Assembly: GCF_006345805.1 (NCBI RefSeq)
Contig: NC_043011.1
Location: forward strand, 52,898,464-52,962,463
Source of the DNA: Octopus sinensis
Taxonomy: Eukaryota
Direction: 5' to 3'
Length of the DNA: 64,000 bases
Shown: positions 1 to 12,599 of the stretch, piece by piece
Position numbering within the stretch: position 1 is the stretch's first letter
Layout of the letters: each line of letters starts with the position of its first letter
Made by a program: the position numbers and the translations under genes
Notes under the pieces: generated by a model
Seen by the model: only the letters and a program-made list of their open reading frames with translations
Told to the model about the DNA's origin: nothing
Databases searched by the model: none

Positions 1-689
1 GGAAATTCTTTTGTTGGTTTCAGTCATTGGAATCTGGCCATGCTGGGGCACAATTTCCAAGGGTTTAGACAATTGTATATATTAGTCTGGAACTTAACTT
101 TACTGACTCCTTTCGTTGAGCTATTAAGCTCTGGGTCTCACGGGTCACAAAATGAATATGAACAGACACACCTGTGTGCGTGTGTGTGTACATGCATATA
201 GTGTGTCATCATTTAACATATGTTTTCCATGGTGGCATGGGTTGGATGTTTCAACAGGAACTGACTGACAGGACCAAGCCCTGCTGTCTACTTAGGCATG
301 GTTTCTATAGTTGGATGCCCTCAGAATTTCTGACCATGAGTTTTTAGTAGTTTGATCAACTCTAAAGTCCATTGAATTAGTGTATAAGTGGTTGAATATT
401 CCACAGACATGTGTACTTTTAATGTAATTTCCAGGCAGAACCAGTGTTACAAGGCCAGACTTTTCACTTAGTGGTACAATCCTTCTGCTGGGCTTCCACT
501 CAGTTTTCTTCTACTCCAGTTTCATGGCATGGGGCCATCCAAGACTATGGTAAAAGACACTTGCTCATGATTACAGTGGGACTGAACCTACGATCTTGTG
601 ATTAAGAAGTCACCATTTAAACCATATAATAACTGCTTGTATTAACAGACCAATGATGAACATTTCATACTTAGGCACAAGACCATATA

Positions 690-1969
690 TTGGGTCATCC
701 CATAAATAGTGCAGCTTTTTCAAATGCATGAACTAAAAGTTGGAGGAGAATGGGATAAGCTACTTGCATCAACTTGCTATAAAAGCCGGTAGTAATTTTA
801 CCTTGTTCTTATTTTTAGTGCAAGTTTTGAAGAGTGCAGTTTGATTTTAACAGTTATTTTTTCAAAACTACAATGGAAGTGACAAAGGGGCATATTTGGC
901 ATATTTTGCTTTATAAGTTCAAAACAGGCAAGAATGGAATGGAATGGAAAGTGTAAGAAATATTAATGCAGTATATGAGAATCGGGCAATAAGCATAAGC
1001 CAATACAAACAGTGGTTCCAGAAATTCCAAGCCAGAAACTACAGCCTAGAAGACAAACCTCATCCTGGAAGGTCTTTTGAGCTCAATGAGGACATCCTAC
1101 AAACACTGGTGGAACAAAATCCCATTGTAACTGTTGAGGAACTAGCAGGGAAGCTTGGATTTTGTCATTCAACCATTCATCAGACCTGCATGCCATCGGA
1201 AAAGTCAGCAAATTGGGTCAATGGGTTCAACACAAACTTTGCAAGCCTAATCACGCACAGAGTGTGAATGTGTGCCCTTCTTTGCTATCACATCTCATGA
1301 ATGAACCTTTTTTTAGACTGAACAGTGACTAGTGACGAGAAACGGGTTCTCTATAAAAATGTCAAGCACCAAAGAGACTGGGTAGGGAAAGGAGAAACAC
1401 TGACACCCCAGGCTAAAGGTCTTCACCCACATAAGGTGTTGTTATCTGTTTGGTGGGATATAAAAAGTTTAGTCCACTTTGAACTTTTAAACCCAAGCCA
1501 AATGATAAAGGAGATCTACTGCAAGTAGCTTGAGTGGCTTAAGTCAGCACTAGAAGAAAAATGACCATTTTTGATTTCAGGATGAATGGTGTTCTTCCTT
1601 CAGGATAATGCTCGGCCACATTCAGCAAGGATGACATTCCAAAGGCTGGAGCAGTTTGAATAGGAAATGATGCCCCACCCATCATATTTGCCAGGCATTG
1701 CCCCATCTGATTATCATTTATTCCACAGTCTTCAAAATCATTTGGACGGAAAAAACATGAATTCTGTAGATGAGGTCAGAACAGTACTGGAGGAGAATTT
1801 TTCATCATGGACAAGTGAATTTTGGAAGAGGGGCCTTGCAAGTCTATGAGATATATGGAAGAGTATTGTAGAAAATGAAGACGAATATATTTTAAATTAA
1901 AAAAGAACTTTATCTTAATTTTGAAAAACAAAAGTATAAAAAAAACCCATTATTTATGGGATGACCCAA
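690..1969 (+). mobile_element. Full-length decayed mariner (Tc1/mariner, D34D-type) transposon, 1280 bp
   Basis: Perfect 19-bp TIRs TTGGGTCATCCCATAAATA (690-708) and reverse complement (1951-1969), flanked by TA. Disrupted transposase about 873-1900 with MTSDEKRVLY, LHPHKVLLSVWWD, QDNARPH and GIAPSDYHLF motifs; stops and frameshifts present. Confidence 0.95.
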
Positions 1970-2250
1970 TATATTAGATTCAAATTTTGGTACAAGGCTA
2001 GCAATTTTTGGGGAAGCAGGTAAGTCAGAACATCAAGATAGACGAAATGCTGCTAAGCATTTTGCCTGGCACGCTAGTAATTCTACCAGCTCAACACCTT
2101 ACAAAGGCCATATATATTGCAATGGGGTGCAGTTTATTATACTAACTACTTTTTGGCTGGCACTTATTTTTATAACACAGAAGACTAGAAAATATAGCTG
2201 ACCTTGGTGGGATTTGAACATAGAACTAAAGAGATAATTAAAATCCACAA

Positions 2251-2660
2251 GGCGCAGGAGTGGCTGTGTGGTAAGTAGCTTGCTTACAAACCACATGGTT
2301 CCGGGTTCAGTCCCACTGCGTAGCATCTTGGGCAAGTGTCTTCTACTATAGCCTCGGGCCAACCAAAACCTTGTGAGTGGATTTGGTAGAGGGAAACTGA
2401 AAGAAGCCCATCGTATATATATATATGTGTGTGTGTGTGTATGTTTGTGTGTCTGTGTTTGTCCCCCTAGCATTGCTTGACAACTGATGCTAGTGTGTTT
2501 ACGTCCCCATCACTTAGCGGTTCGGCAAAAGAGACCGATAGAATAAGTACTGGGCTTACAAAGAATAAGTCCTGGGGTCGATTTGCTTGACTAAAGGCGG
2601 TGCTCCAGCATGGCCGCAGTCAAATGACTGAAACAAGTAAAAGAGTAAAAGAGAGAGTAA
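2251..2660 (+). mobile_element. tRNA-derived SINE, family A (about 400 bp, internal TA/TG microsatellite, AAGAGTA-type tail)
   Basis: A-box-like TGGCTGTGTGGT and B-box-like GGTTCAGTCC; closely similar to at least 7 other copies in the window. Confidence 0.9.
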
Positions 2661-2844
2661 GGCATTTTCACTGGCATTCTACTGATTCTGTCTATCTAAT
2701 GATGATAATGATGAATTTGTAGTCAATTGACTCAGGAGGAGCCTGTATGTGATCATTCAGAATGCTAGATATAGTGAAATCTTCCTCAAATCACACTTTG
2801 CCATCTTAAAAAAAAAAGATAACTTTCGATAATGTAGTCCTAAA

Positions 2845-3120
2845 TAGTGAAGGTGCATGGCTTAGTGGTTAGGGTATTCGACTCACAACCTTATAGCTGT
2901 GAGTTCAATTCCCAGTGATGCATTGTGTCCTTGAGAAAGACACTTTATTTTCAAAGGGCCAGCCTTGTAACATTCTGTGTCAAGCTGAATCTCCATGAGA
3001 ATTGTGTTAAGGGTACGCATGTCTCTGGAGTGATCAGCCACTTGCATGTTAATTTAACGAGCAGGCTGTTTCATTGATCAGATCAAATTGGAACCCTTGT
3101 CATTGTAACCGATGGAGTGT
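2845..3120 (+). mobile_element. Diverged tRNA-derived SINE sharing the 3' module of 22485-22874
   Basis: tRNA-like head (GCATGGCTTAGTGGTTAGGG...GAGTTCAATTCC); 3' part aligns by eye with about 22690-22866. Confidence 0.75.
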
Positions 3121-3371
3121 CAGTACCAGTCCAAAATACACTGCCTAAAAAAAAATACAAGATGGGCATGGCTGGAAAACATTTGACCATAGACAATATC
3201 TGCTTGATCAGAGCTGACTTGAAGCAAAACAACTAGTTGTATTTTCCTGAACACTAAAGGGTGCAAAGTAGGCTCTGCTGGGATTTGAGAATGTAAGAGA
3301 GTATAATGAATGTGTTTAATCTATCAAGTGTAGCAAATAAACATTGAGTTTAGTTACAGAAAGACCTTCAA

Positions 3372-3560
3372 TCCTTTAACATTTAAACCAGTCTTATCCA
3401 GCCCAAATATTCTACCTATTTTATGTTCAAACTAGCCAGATCTGGTCTCTGCCATCTACCATACAATATCATTCTAAAATCACAATCATTAAAATCTTGC
3501 AGCTACAATTTTTTATGATTAATTTAACACAATGTGAATAAGTATTACATTTGACTAAGA
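3372..3560 (+). mobile_element. Degenerate copy of TTAA-type MITE family P2
   Basis: Aligns by eye with the intact copy at 49525-49746. Confidence 0.65.
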
Positions 3561-3829
3561 CACAGTAAAAATAGGATTATAGACACAACATTAGATATTA
3601 ACCAATGGAGGCAGTATTCCCAAATGGCAAACTTTATATCCTGCTTAATGTGAATGTATTATAGGAGTGTCATAATACTTCAGTATTCACTTTGGGAAAG
3701 TCTCTTATGCAAGCGTCTTACTTTTCCCTTAAAACCACAACTTTATGGTATTTTCACACATTTTTTTTTACTCAGGTATTAAGTCGTGTTGTTTAGTTCC
3801 TGATCAATCATATGGTAACTGAATCAATG

Positions 3830-4980
3830 ATGAGTCTCCTTTATATACATGGCTTTGTGCCAAATTTCAGAAAACATTTTATCACACATTATATGTGGTC
3901 TCTTCTGAATTTACTATATTACTAGTTTACTGCTGTCTTCTGTGTAACCAAAAACTATCTGCACATGACTACAGTCATTAACCCAGAGCAGAGTTTAGTA
4001 AAGCATCATGAACAATTTTTTATACTGGTTATATGAGGCTGGTTTTAGGAACACAGCTTGCCAAAATACAGATATTACTGGACAACAATTACATCAGAAA
4101 ACAGGAGTAGTTGCTATTTATTGACATGCTTTCCCACAACTTGTCTCTTTGATTGTGTTGCAGTCCCAGGTTAAGTGCAGACTAAAGTTAGCTTCAGGAA
4201 CATTGGCAAGAGCCTACTACACTATCATTCTAGAGAGAGTTAGTGGAGGTTATGTGACAATTGCCTGGGAACAATTCTGAGCATTGATGAGGACACCAGA
4301 GTAGTGACTTTGAGAGGATTTTCAGGTTGGGGATTATAGACAATTTCCAAAAGTTCTTGGCCTAACAGTACAGCATGGAGGCCTAGCCTGTAGAGTTTCA
4401 AATAAACTCTACAGCCATAGTTATAGTGCAAGTGCCTGCAACTAGACCTGTCCCACATGCATGCCAAAGTCATCTGGTACCCACTTGTTTAGTGTCTGTA
4501 CATTGCTGATTTGTGGGGTTATGTTGAAAAGCTGTATTAACGTATGGGAGAGATACAAATATCAGCCAAGATATTGTGAAAATTGACCCACTATGTTTTG
4601 TCAAGGATATATAGGTAATCTACCCTTGTCTGGTACTTACGATGGAGGAAGTTGTGACAAATACAGTTGAAAGACTGGATGATAAAACTTTTCCTCTAAG
4701 GCCAAATTGTTATCTTTAAGTACCTCTTGAAAAGGAAGGTGATGGTAAAGAGGAAAAGTTGCTCTCCAGTAAATTTTATTCAAGATGGGTGTGAGAGAAA
4801 TGAGCTAAACTATGCAACTGTCAGCTGGCAACAAGAACTGAAAGAAGACAGTTGTCTATAATGCATAGGAACCTTGTGTATTTTGTGGTTTACCCTCCTT
4901 TCTATTTTGGTGATCCTTTCCTGTATTTATTTTGTTCTTTACTGTTACTACTATTTTTATCTATTAATGTGTTTTATTTT
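3830..4980 (+). mobile_element. Decayed L1/Tx1-like LINE, ORF2 C-terminal region and 3' UTR
   Basis: Frame-hopping translation gives IADLWGYVEKL, DIVKIDPLCF and FKYLLKRKVMV segments resembling Tx1-type ORF2 C-termini; many stops. Confidence 0.55.
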
Positions 4981-5199
4981 GGATATCTCATCTGTTTGCT
5001 TGATCTAAATACCTAATTAGGCAGTTATGGTGAAATTCATTTTGTCTTGGGCAAAATGCCTAACATTTTACATTCCAGAGTCAATTCTTACCTTTCACTC
5101 TGCTAGGAGTTGATAAAATAAGTAGCAATTAAATACTGAGGTTTATTTAATCCACAATACTTCAACTCCAAACTTCAAAGTTTTGTGTCAATCTCATAA

Positions 5200-5516
5200 A
5201 TCATGTGGCACATGAAAAACATTCAAGTGAGGTTGTTGCCAGTGCCACTGGACTGACTCCTGTGCAGGTGGCACATAAAAAACACCACTTCAGCATGGCT
5301 GTTGCCAGTACCGCTTAACTGTCCCTTGTGCCGGTGGCACGTAAAAAAAAGCACCAACTTCACTCTCGGAGTGGTTGGCATTAGGAAGGGCATCCAGCTG
5401 TAGAAACTCTGCCAGACCAGATTGGAGCCTGGTGCAGCCATCTGGTTCGCCAGTCCTCAGTCAAATCGTCCAACCCATGCTAGCATGGAAAGCAGACGTT
5501 AAATGATGATGATGAA
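5200..5516 (+). mobile_element. RTE 3'-end repeat, family R, (GAT)n tail
   Basis: Matches the 3' UTR following the RTE ORF at about 48930-49125; ends GTTAAATGATGATGATG. Confidence 0.85.
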
Positions 5517-6009
5517 GAAGTAAGGTGGATAGCAAAATCTGTAGAATGAAGGACAAATGTAATACATTATTTTTAGTTGTCTTATTAAACGCTTTGTGTT
5601 CAAATCCTGTAGAGGTCAGTTTTATCTTCCATCCATCCAGGGTCAATAAAATAAAGTAACCAATGAATTACTATTTAGTGTCAATGTAATCAATTAGCTC
5701 CTCCCACAAAAATAAACCAATCATGCAATGTACCTATGTTAGCAGCAATTATTATAATTATGGTCAAATAGGCCAGAGTTTAAACCATGTGGTTGTAAGT
5801 TGGCAGCAAGCTGTTTGAAAGGGAATTTGTTTTGACATGTCAAGAAAGATAATACAGGGTTATGTGTGGGATGTTCCAAATTGCTTTATATCCTTGCCTG
5901 CAGGTTGGCAGGGTGTCGGGGGGGGGGAGATTCTTTCTGGTTTTCTTATTCTTTTTTGTTTCTTTTTTTCTTTATAGTTATTGCCAATTTCCCCTTTTTA
6001 CTCAATGTA

Positions 6010-6150
6010 TAAGGTTGTCCCAAAAGTTCGTAGAAAGTCTTGGAAAATAATGGTCTTTATTTTGAGGAATAATTTTTGTTGTTTTTGTTAGTACTTGGCG
6101 AGTAAAAATTCAATTTTCACAAGTGTTTACGAACTTTTGGGACAACCTAA
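6010..6150. mobile_element. 141-bp mariner-type MITE
   Basis: Perfect 21-bp inverted repeats AGGTTGTCCCAAAAGTTCGTA (6012-6032 / 6128-6148) with TA flanks. Confidence 0.85.
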
Positions 6151-6741
6151 TATATTCCCTGACTAGTTTTTTTTTTATTATACTTTTTTTTTTATATTTC
6201 ATTTTCCCACTGTCCTCAACATTTAGGATTTTTTTGGCCAATGAAAGATAATATGGTATTTAGATTAAACTTTTAACGAAGGCTTTATCTGATGTTAGAA
6301 ATATCAAGGTAGGAGAGAAAGAGAGAGAGGGGTTTACAAAGCGTGAATAACGATCATTTTTGAGTTGCCTTTATAAACAACTCTTCAAACATTCTAGATA
6401 CATTGACTCCATCGGCATAAACATTATACACACACACACAGAAGCATTAGTCGTTGAAGCAGCGGTAATAGACCAACCAGTAAGTGAAGATATGACACTT
6501 GAACTACAAAGTGAGGTTTCTATAGTCAGGAAAAGAGTAAATGGATAGTTTTTAAACAATTCAGAAATTATTTGCGGTCTGATAAACAGCATGAAACTAG
6601 TTATATAATTAATAATGCGGTCGTTCAAGTCAATTAACACCATTGAATCGCACTGGCTTTTAGAGAAAAAAAAAAAGAAAAAAGAATAAAACAAGAAAAA
6701 AAACTTTCGCTATGAACTTTAAAAAACAATACAAGAACATA

Positions 6742-7131
6742 GGTGCAGGAGTGGCTGTGTGGTAAGTAGCTTGTTTACCAACCACATGGTTCTGGGTTCA
6801 TTCCCATTGCATGGCACCTTGGGCAAGTGTCTACTATAGCCTCAGGCCAACCAAAGCCTTGTGAGTGGATTTGGTAGACGGAAACTGAAAGAAGCCCATC
6901 GTATATATGTATATATATGTGTGTGTGTGTGTTTGTCCCCCCAACATCGCTTGACAACCGATGCTGGTGTGTTTACGTCCCTGTCACTTAGCAGTTCGGC
7001 AAAAAGAGACCGACAGAATAAGTACTAGGCTTCCAAAGAATAAATCCTGGGGTCGAGTTGCTCGACTAAAGGCGGTGCTCCAGCATGGCTGCAGTCAAAT
7101 GACTGAAACAAGTAGAAGAGTAAAAAAGAGT
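6742..7131 (+). mobile_element. SINE family A
   Basis: Full-length match to 2251-2660; short AACAT flanking repeat. Confidence 0.9.
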
Positions 7132-7439
7132 AACATGGTCGGGGAAAAAGAAAACTAGACATGTCAAAAATATGCAGTCGAACTAAAAAAAAAAACTGTC
7201 TAAAACATCAGAAACAACGATAAGATAACATTTTCTCTTTTCTCCTTCTTTCCTATATCAATAGACACAATCTATGTATACACATGTCGAAATTCCTTGA
7301 ATTTTAACCAATTTAAAATAAACAAAACTGTGGTCTAACTTTAAACAAAATCAACTTGATTTACTCTACTGTCAAAATTTTGACTTTTGTCTCAGGTTCT
7401 AAGCTGTGTCCAAGGTTAAGAAAATATCCAACTCTCTCG

Positions 7440-7720
7440 CTAACCCATAAAGTGCATTCGTATATACAAATAGAAATGAACCGCTTTACTAGACTGCGGG
7501 TATACGAGTTTTATTTTTCAAGCACAAGATCCAAATTTTGAACAAAGTGTAAAAGTTTCTACTACCATAACAAATGCTTCTACGTGTTACCAAGAAATTT
7601 ATAGAGAGGGGAAAAAAGCTTCTAAGCAAACAATTCTAGACTTGTTTTTAAAAAGAATTCTACGAGTCCGTCTATGACTGCTTGTGAATCTGCAATCGCG
7701 TCTACAAATGATGGTGTGAA
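7440..7720 (+). mobile_element. Tigger/pogo transposase C-terminal relic
   Basis: Translates QAQDPNFEQSVKVSTTITNASTCYQEIYREGKKASKQTILDLFLKR, resembling Tigger transposase C-termini. Confidence 0.6.
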
Positions 7721-7793
7721 TGAAAGTGATGCAGAAAACATTATAATAATGTTTTTTATTATAAATTATCTTGACACTTCTTACTTTACATAA

Positions 7794-8172
7794 AACTAGC
7801 AGTATCGCCCGGCGTTGCTCGGGTTTGTAAGGGAAATAACTATATAAGCATTTTGAGTTATAGCAAAAAAATGCATTAAAAATGGAATAAAAAATGATGG
7901 TAATTTTTTTTTAAATCGTTGACTCATCGTAGACATTTTTAGAGAGTTACTTCCCTTATATAATAGCAAAAAAATGGAAAAAATTATGGTAAATTTTTTT
8001 TAAAAACGTAGACTCATCGTAGACGCGCGCTAATACCCAGAAGGGCTCGATATGAATCACGACTATAAGATACCCGGTTTTGGTTAAACTGCACCGCAAA
8101 ATGTGGGAGTAGTTAGGAATCTAAATCGTAGGAGACAGACACTCAGACAACTTCACTTTTATATATAAAGAT
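7794..8172 (+). mobile_element. Non-autonomous Helentron/DINE-like (HINE) rolling-circle element
   Basis: Starts ACTAGC followed by GC-rich hairpin CCCGGCGTTGCTCGGG; two internal tandem units ending GACTCATCGTAGAC; ends TTTTATATATAAAGAT. Confidence 0.65.
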
Positions 8173-8473
8173 ATTCTTTACATTCTGTTGTTTTATTGCC
8201 ATTTATTTACAAGTATCATATATTTTATAGGTAAAATATTTTTCTGAAAACGAATTACGATTTATAACATTGTTACTATGGGAAATTATTGCTCTGCTTT
8301 ACGAGTGGTATCTGGGAACAAATTAACTCGTATATATCCACGCATTACTGTACATAACAAGGTGAACTTTTAACAATGGCCTCCTTAAAGAATCTATGAC
8401 TATGTAAGAACAGAAGTGGAATAGAGATTGAGTGATCATTCTTTTCTCTAAAAATCGTTTAAGAGAAAAGCAT

Positions 8474-8795
8474 AGGTGTGGCTGCATGATCACAAGCTTG
8501 CTTCCCAACCATGTGGTCTTACGTTCAAGTCCCACCGGGTGGCACCTTTAAATATGAGTGTGTGCGTGCGTATCTAAATATGTGTTTTTGTGTTATGTTT
8601 GTCTCTAGTCACCGCTTGACGGCCGATGTTGGTTTGCCTACGTCGCCCGCAGCTTGGCGGTTCGGCAAAAGACACACAATTAGTACCAGGCTTTACAAAA
8701 AAAAAATAAGTACTGGAGTAAATTTGTTCGACTAAACCCTTCAAGGCGGTACCCCAGTTTAGCCTCAGTCCAATGTCTGAAACAAGTAAAAGATA
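8474..8795 (+). mobile_element. Diverged SINE family A
   Basis: Head and 3' half align with 2251-2660, with an internal deletion. Confidence 0.75.
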
Positions 8796-9204
8796 AACGA
8801 TAATTGTTTTCTCTACAAAGTATTTTAACATTTCATGAGAGATGAAAGTCAAGTCGCCAACTCAGAGGTTTAACTAGTTTCTTAGTGAAGTTTCTCAAAT
8901 TTCGAAGGGGAAGAGATGAAGAATTGTTATGGGTGACTGCGACAAAGAACAGTACACAATTTCATCCTGTCTCCATTATAAATTTGAAAAGCAGTGAGGA
9001 AACTACGTTAGCAGAGTTGAGCTAAAAATTTTCCCTGAATCATTTAAGACAAATATTATGACCACAATTCAAGGAAATACAATTATATATGTTGAATTTA
9101 AAAAGTGACCTCTTTGCGTTCGCTCGACGTGCTAAAAATAGTATCAAAATGTTTCTCTGTTCACACCTTACTCTAACTTGCAACTTCTTTATTGTTAATT
9201 TCTA

Positions 9205-9375
9205 GGAAGGCAGTGAGCTGGCAGAATCGTTAGCATGCCAGACAAAATACTTGGCAGCATTTCTTCCGTTCTGAGTTCAAATTCCGCCGAGGTCGACTTT
9301 GCCTAGGAGTCGATGTAATTCGGCGAGCCCACCTCCCAAAATTTCAGGCCTTGTGCCTGTAGTAGAAAGGATTAT
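9205..9375 (+). mobile_element. SINE family C
   Basis: GAGCTGGCAGAATCGTTAGC head and GAGTTCAAATTCCGCCGAGGTCGACTTTGCC core; same family as 34170-34403. Confidence 0.8.
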
Positions 9376-12300
9376 TAATTCTGAGGGAAAATTAACAAGA
9401 TTTTCGCCATCAATATTCAAATATACACGAGGAAAGAAAATTTGAAAAAAGTCTGACGGTAGGAAGAATTAAAAAAAGATCCTCTAATGGTCTTTTAAAA
9501 CGAAGGACATGAAGATAATGCCTGAGAAAAAATATACAAGACTTGATAGCCACGCTTGAAACAGCTTTGATCATAGCTGGCCTCAGATAGAACAAGAACT
9601 TGCTAGAAATGTCCTTCAAATCTTCCTCTAGTAACACCCGTTAGATAACGTGGTCCCTAGACAGAGTGGACACAAATGGAACAATTTTGACCATTGGTCA
9701 GCAGGATCAATGGTCGAAATTTTTAGTCCAAGCTGAACTTGGACTAAAACTCCAAAAATAATAACAACATGGACGTATATAAAAAGGATGCAAGTAAAAC
9801 AAAAAAGGACAACTAAAAGTGAACCAATTTTGAATAACTTTGAAGGATATCTTGTTTTAACCGAAGTCAGACATGGTTAAAGGCGTTCCAGCCATGAGCA
9901 TCCCGTTTTTATTCTGATATTGTATTATCTAGGACTACATTATGTAATAAAACCTACACTTTTAAGACAGTAGGAAGCGGTAGTATAAGGGAAATGTGGC
10001 TGTTATTTCTAACAGGTCAAGCGACCACATCGAAGTTCCCTCATGTTTTAATTACTCCACCCAATCGAGATGCAACCTCATCTGCGCACGTTTTATCTAA
10101 TAAAGCATCGGCCTTTGTTTAGTAGATACACCGTAACTTCTCTGGGTTCAACTTAGCAGTTCATCCTTTCTGGGGATCGATAAAATACAACACCAGTGAT
10201 ATACTGAGGGCAAGTTAACCGACTACAACCATACCTAACAAAAGGTTTGTGTCTGTATCAAAAATCAAAATTTTGCAAGCATCCCGTATTAAGCTATGTA
10301 ATTAGACATAATGAGTTCAAATCCTTGTCGAGGTCGATTAACTTTCACCAGTTGAATACTGACCTTGATTTCATTGTCTTTAGCTATTTCCTGTCGCGAG
10401 AAAACAGGATAAGTTGTTTGTTCATAGACACACAAATAAACAATATAATTTCGTTTATGGATTTGGTTTGCAAGATTCTTTATTTGAGTTCGTGTGTTGA
10501 AGCATATTCTGTTGTCTGGAGAGAGTCATTTTCTTTTTGTAAGACGCAACGAAAATTGTAGGAAAATAAAAATAAGAAATAAGTGGAAATTTTACCGGTG
10601 AGTGTGTTAAATTATAAGTCACAAAAAGAAAATGACTATCCCCAGACACAACAGAATAAACAATAAAAACTATCAGTATAAACCAGCGATTTGTAACCTT
10701 TTTGTACTTCGGCGCCACTTTCAGTATTTTACAAACGAACCCTTCCCGTGATAAAAAAAAAAAAGAGATTATTTTAATCAAACAGGCGGCAAAAGTATAC
10801 GATAGAAATAAGTATTAAACTTGAAAAAAAAGTTAAGTACTGGGGTCGATTCTTGACTAAAAATTCAAGGCGGTGCCCCAGCATGGCCACAGTCTAATAA
10901 CTGAAACAAGATAAAAATCCATATTTTCTTATTTTCTATCCAGTATGTGTCGTCCTGCTAAATTTGAAAGATTACCGAACAAGGTGAATATTGGATCTTC
11001 ACGCTAGATCAGCGATGGTTTCTGCTCACTGATAAAAATGATCTGTTTATCAACTAATCCCGACAAAATTGTTTTTGAAACTATGTTTTGGATATAAATA
11101 TTGTACCACGTTTAAATATTTTATCTCAAAGAAAATTCATAATCCTTTGCCCATCGCTACGTTCCCAGTTCAAATTCCACCGAGGTCGACTTTGCCTTTC
11201 ATCATTTCGAGATCGATAAAGTTAAGTACCAGTTGAAAATCGGTGTAATTGATTTACGCCCTCCCGAAAATTTGCTGGCCTTGAGCCAAAATTTGAAACC
11301 AATAATTTATGGCCTAGAATTGACCTTTACCTTGTGTGTGAAATTGGGCAGATGGAAACTGTATAAAGCCAGTCAGGTGGATTGTACCCGTCATTCAAAA
11401 GGTACAGGTTTGATATATACTGTGATATGCTAGCTAGTTCTGCCTGATAATTACGTGAAGGGTACATGCGACTAGAATGTTGGAATGAAGACCCACCGCC
11501 ATCATCCAACTGACATTTTAAAGGACAACAGGGAACAATTTGAGGGCGATTTGGTTGCTATTTCCTCCAAGGTGAGCTTACCATTAAGAGAATCCCTTAT
11601 AATTAGGTCGTAGGTTCAATGTACATTGCCACAGCTAAACTACAAGCTATCCATTACATAGAGTCCCAGTGAACCTTTGAAAAAGAAAATACTTAGTTCT
11701 CGCAAATTTATATGGGAAGGATATAGAGAAATGATCCAGTGCACTACAAGTATTATTTTATGAACACTGAAAAGGTTAAGTCAACATGCAGCGGGATTGA
11801 ACTTGAAACAAAATAACATTACAGGTATCGCATCTGACGGTCAGAATCTAGGTCAGCTACGAAGCACCTCTGTTGCCCCGCTCAACCCAAACTTTGGTGA
11901 GTGAGTGTGTGTGTGTGTGTGTGTGTGTAATGGAAACTGGAATTCCGGACTTCAGTAGAATTTAAAAAATTCTTCCCAGGTGCAAATTTTGACACCTGAT
12001 TCCAAGACATGTCCTGAAAACATGGCAAACACTAAATATATATATATATTGCCCTCAATAAGAGATTAATGTTGCCTGATAAAACGAAAAAAAAAACAAA
12101 ATTGATATTGGCGGGAATTGAACTCTAAACCTAAAGTGAAAAGAAAAAAAAAAAAAATATGTAGTCTCCCCAAAATGATAGTAGTTTGCTGAGTTAGTTG
12201 TAATTTCTCTACCCAGCCATGTCAATCTTGTAACTTATCTGAGCTTGCTAAGTAGGTGTGCTAAATATATGTCTTCTATGAAGCCTCTATATGAGAAAGT

Positions 12301-12599
12301 GTGGGCCTGTAGAGGAGGGCTGTAATTCGTAGCTTATTATGCTGAAATCATCTCAAATTTCTGCCCTTCCTTGTTGATTGAGAAAAGGGGGGAATAATAA
12401 ACATTGCAATTGATTGTGTTGAGTGAGAGAAAGAGAACGAGTGAGAAAGGAGAGATGACCACCTAAGTAAATGCTTCACATTATCTACACTTGTGTGAGT
12501 TCAAATTTCATTGAGGCGGATAAAAATAAATACTAGTAATGTACTAAGGTTAGTTAGTTGTATCGACGGCTACTGAAACTCGTAAAAAAAAAAAAAAAC

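Noticed and set aside
4388-4414. Perfect 11-bp hairpin
   Set aside because: Lies inside a LINE relic; roughly within chance expectation for 64 kb of AT-rich DNA.
6579-6600. Hammerhead-like CTGATAA...GAAAC
   Set aside because: Core mismatch, no stem II and no GUH or stem I pairing.
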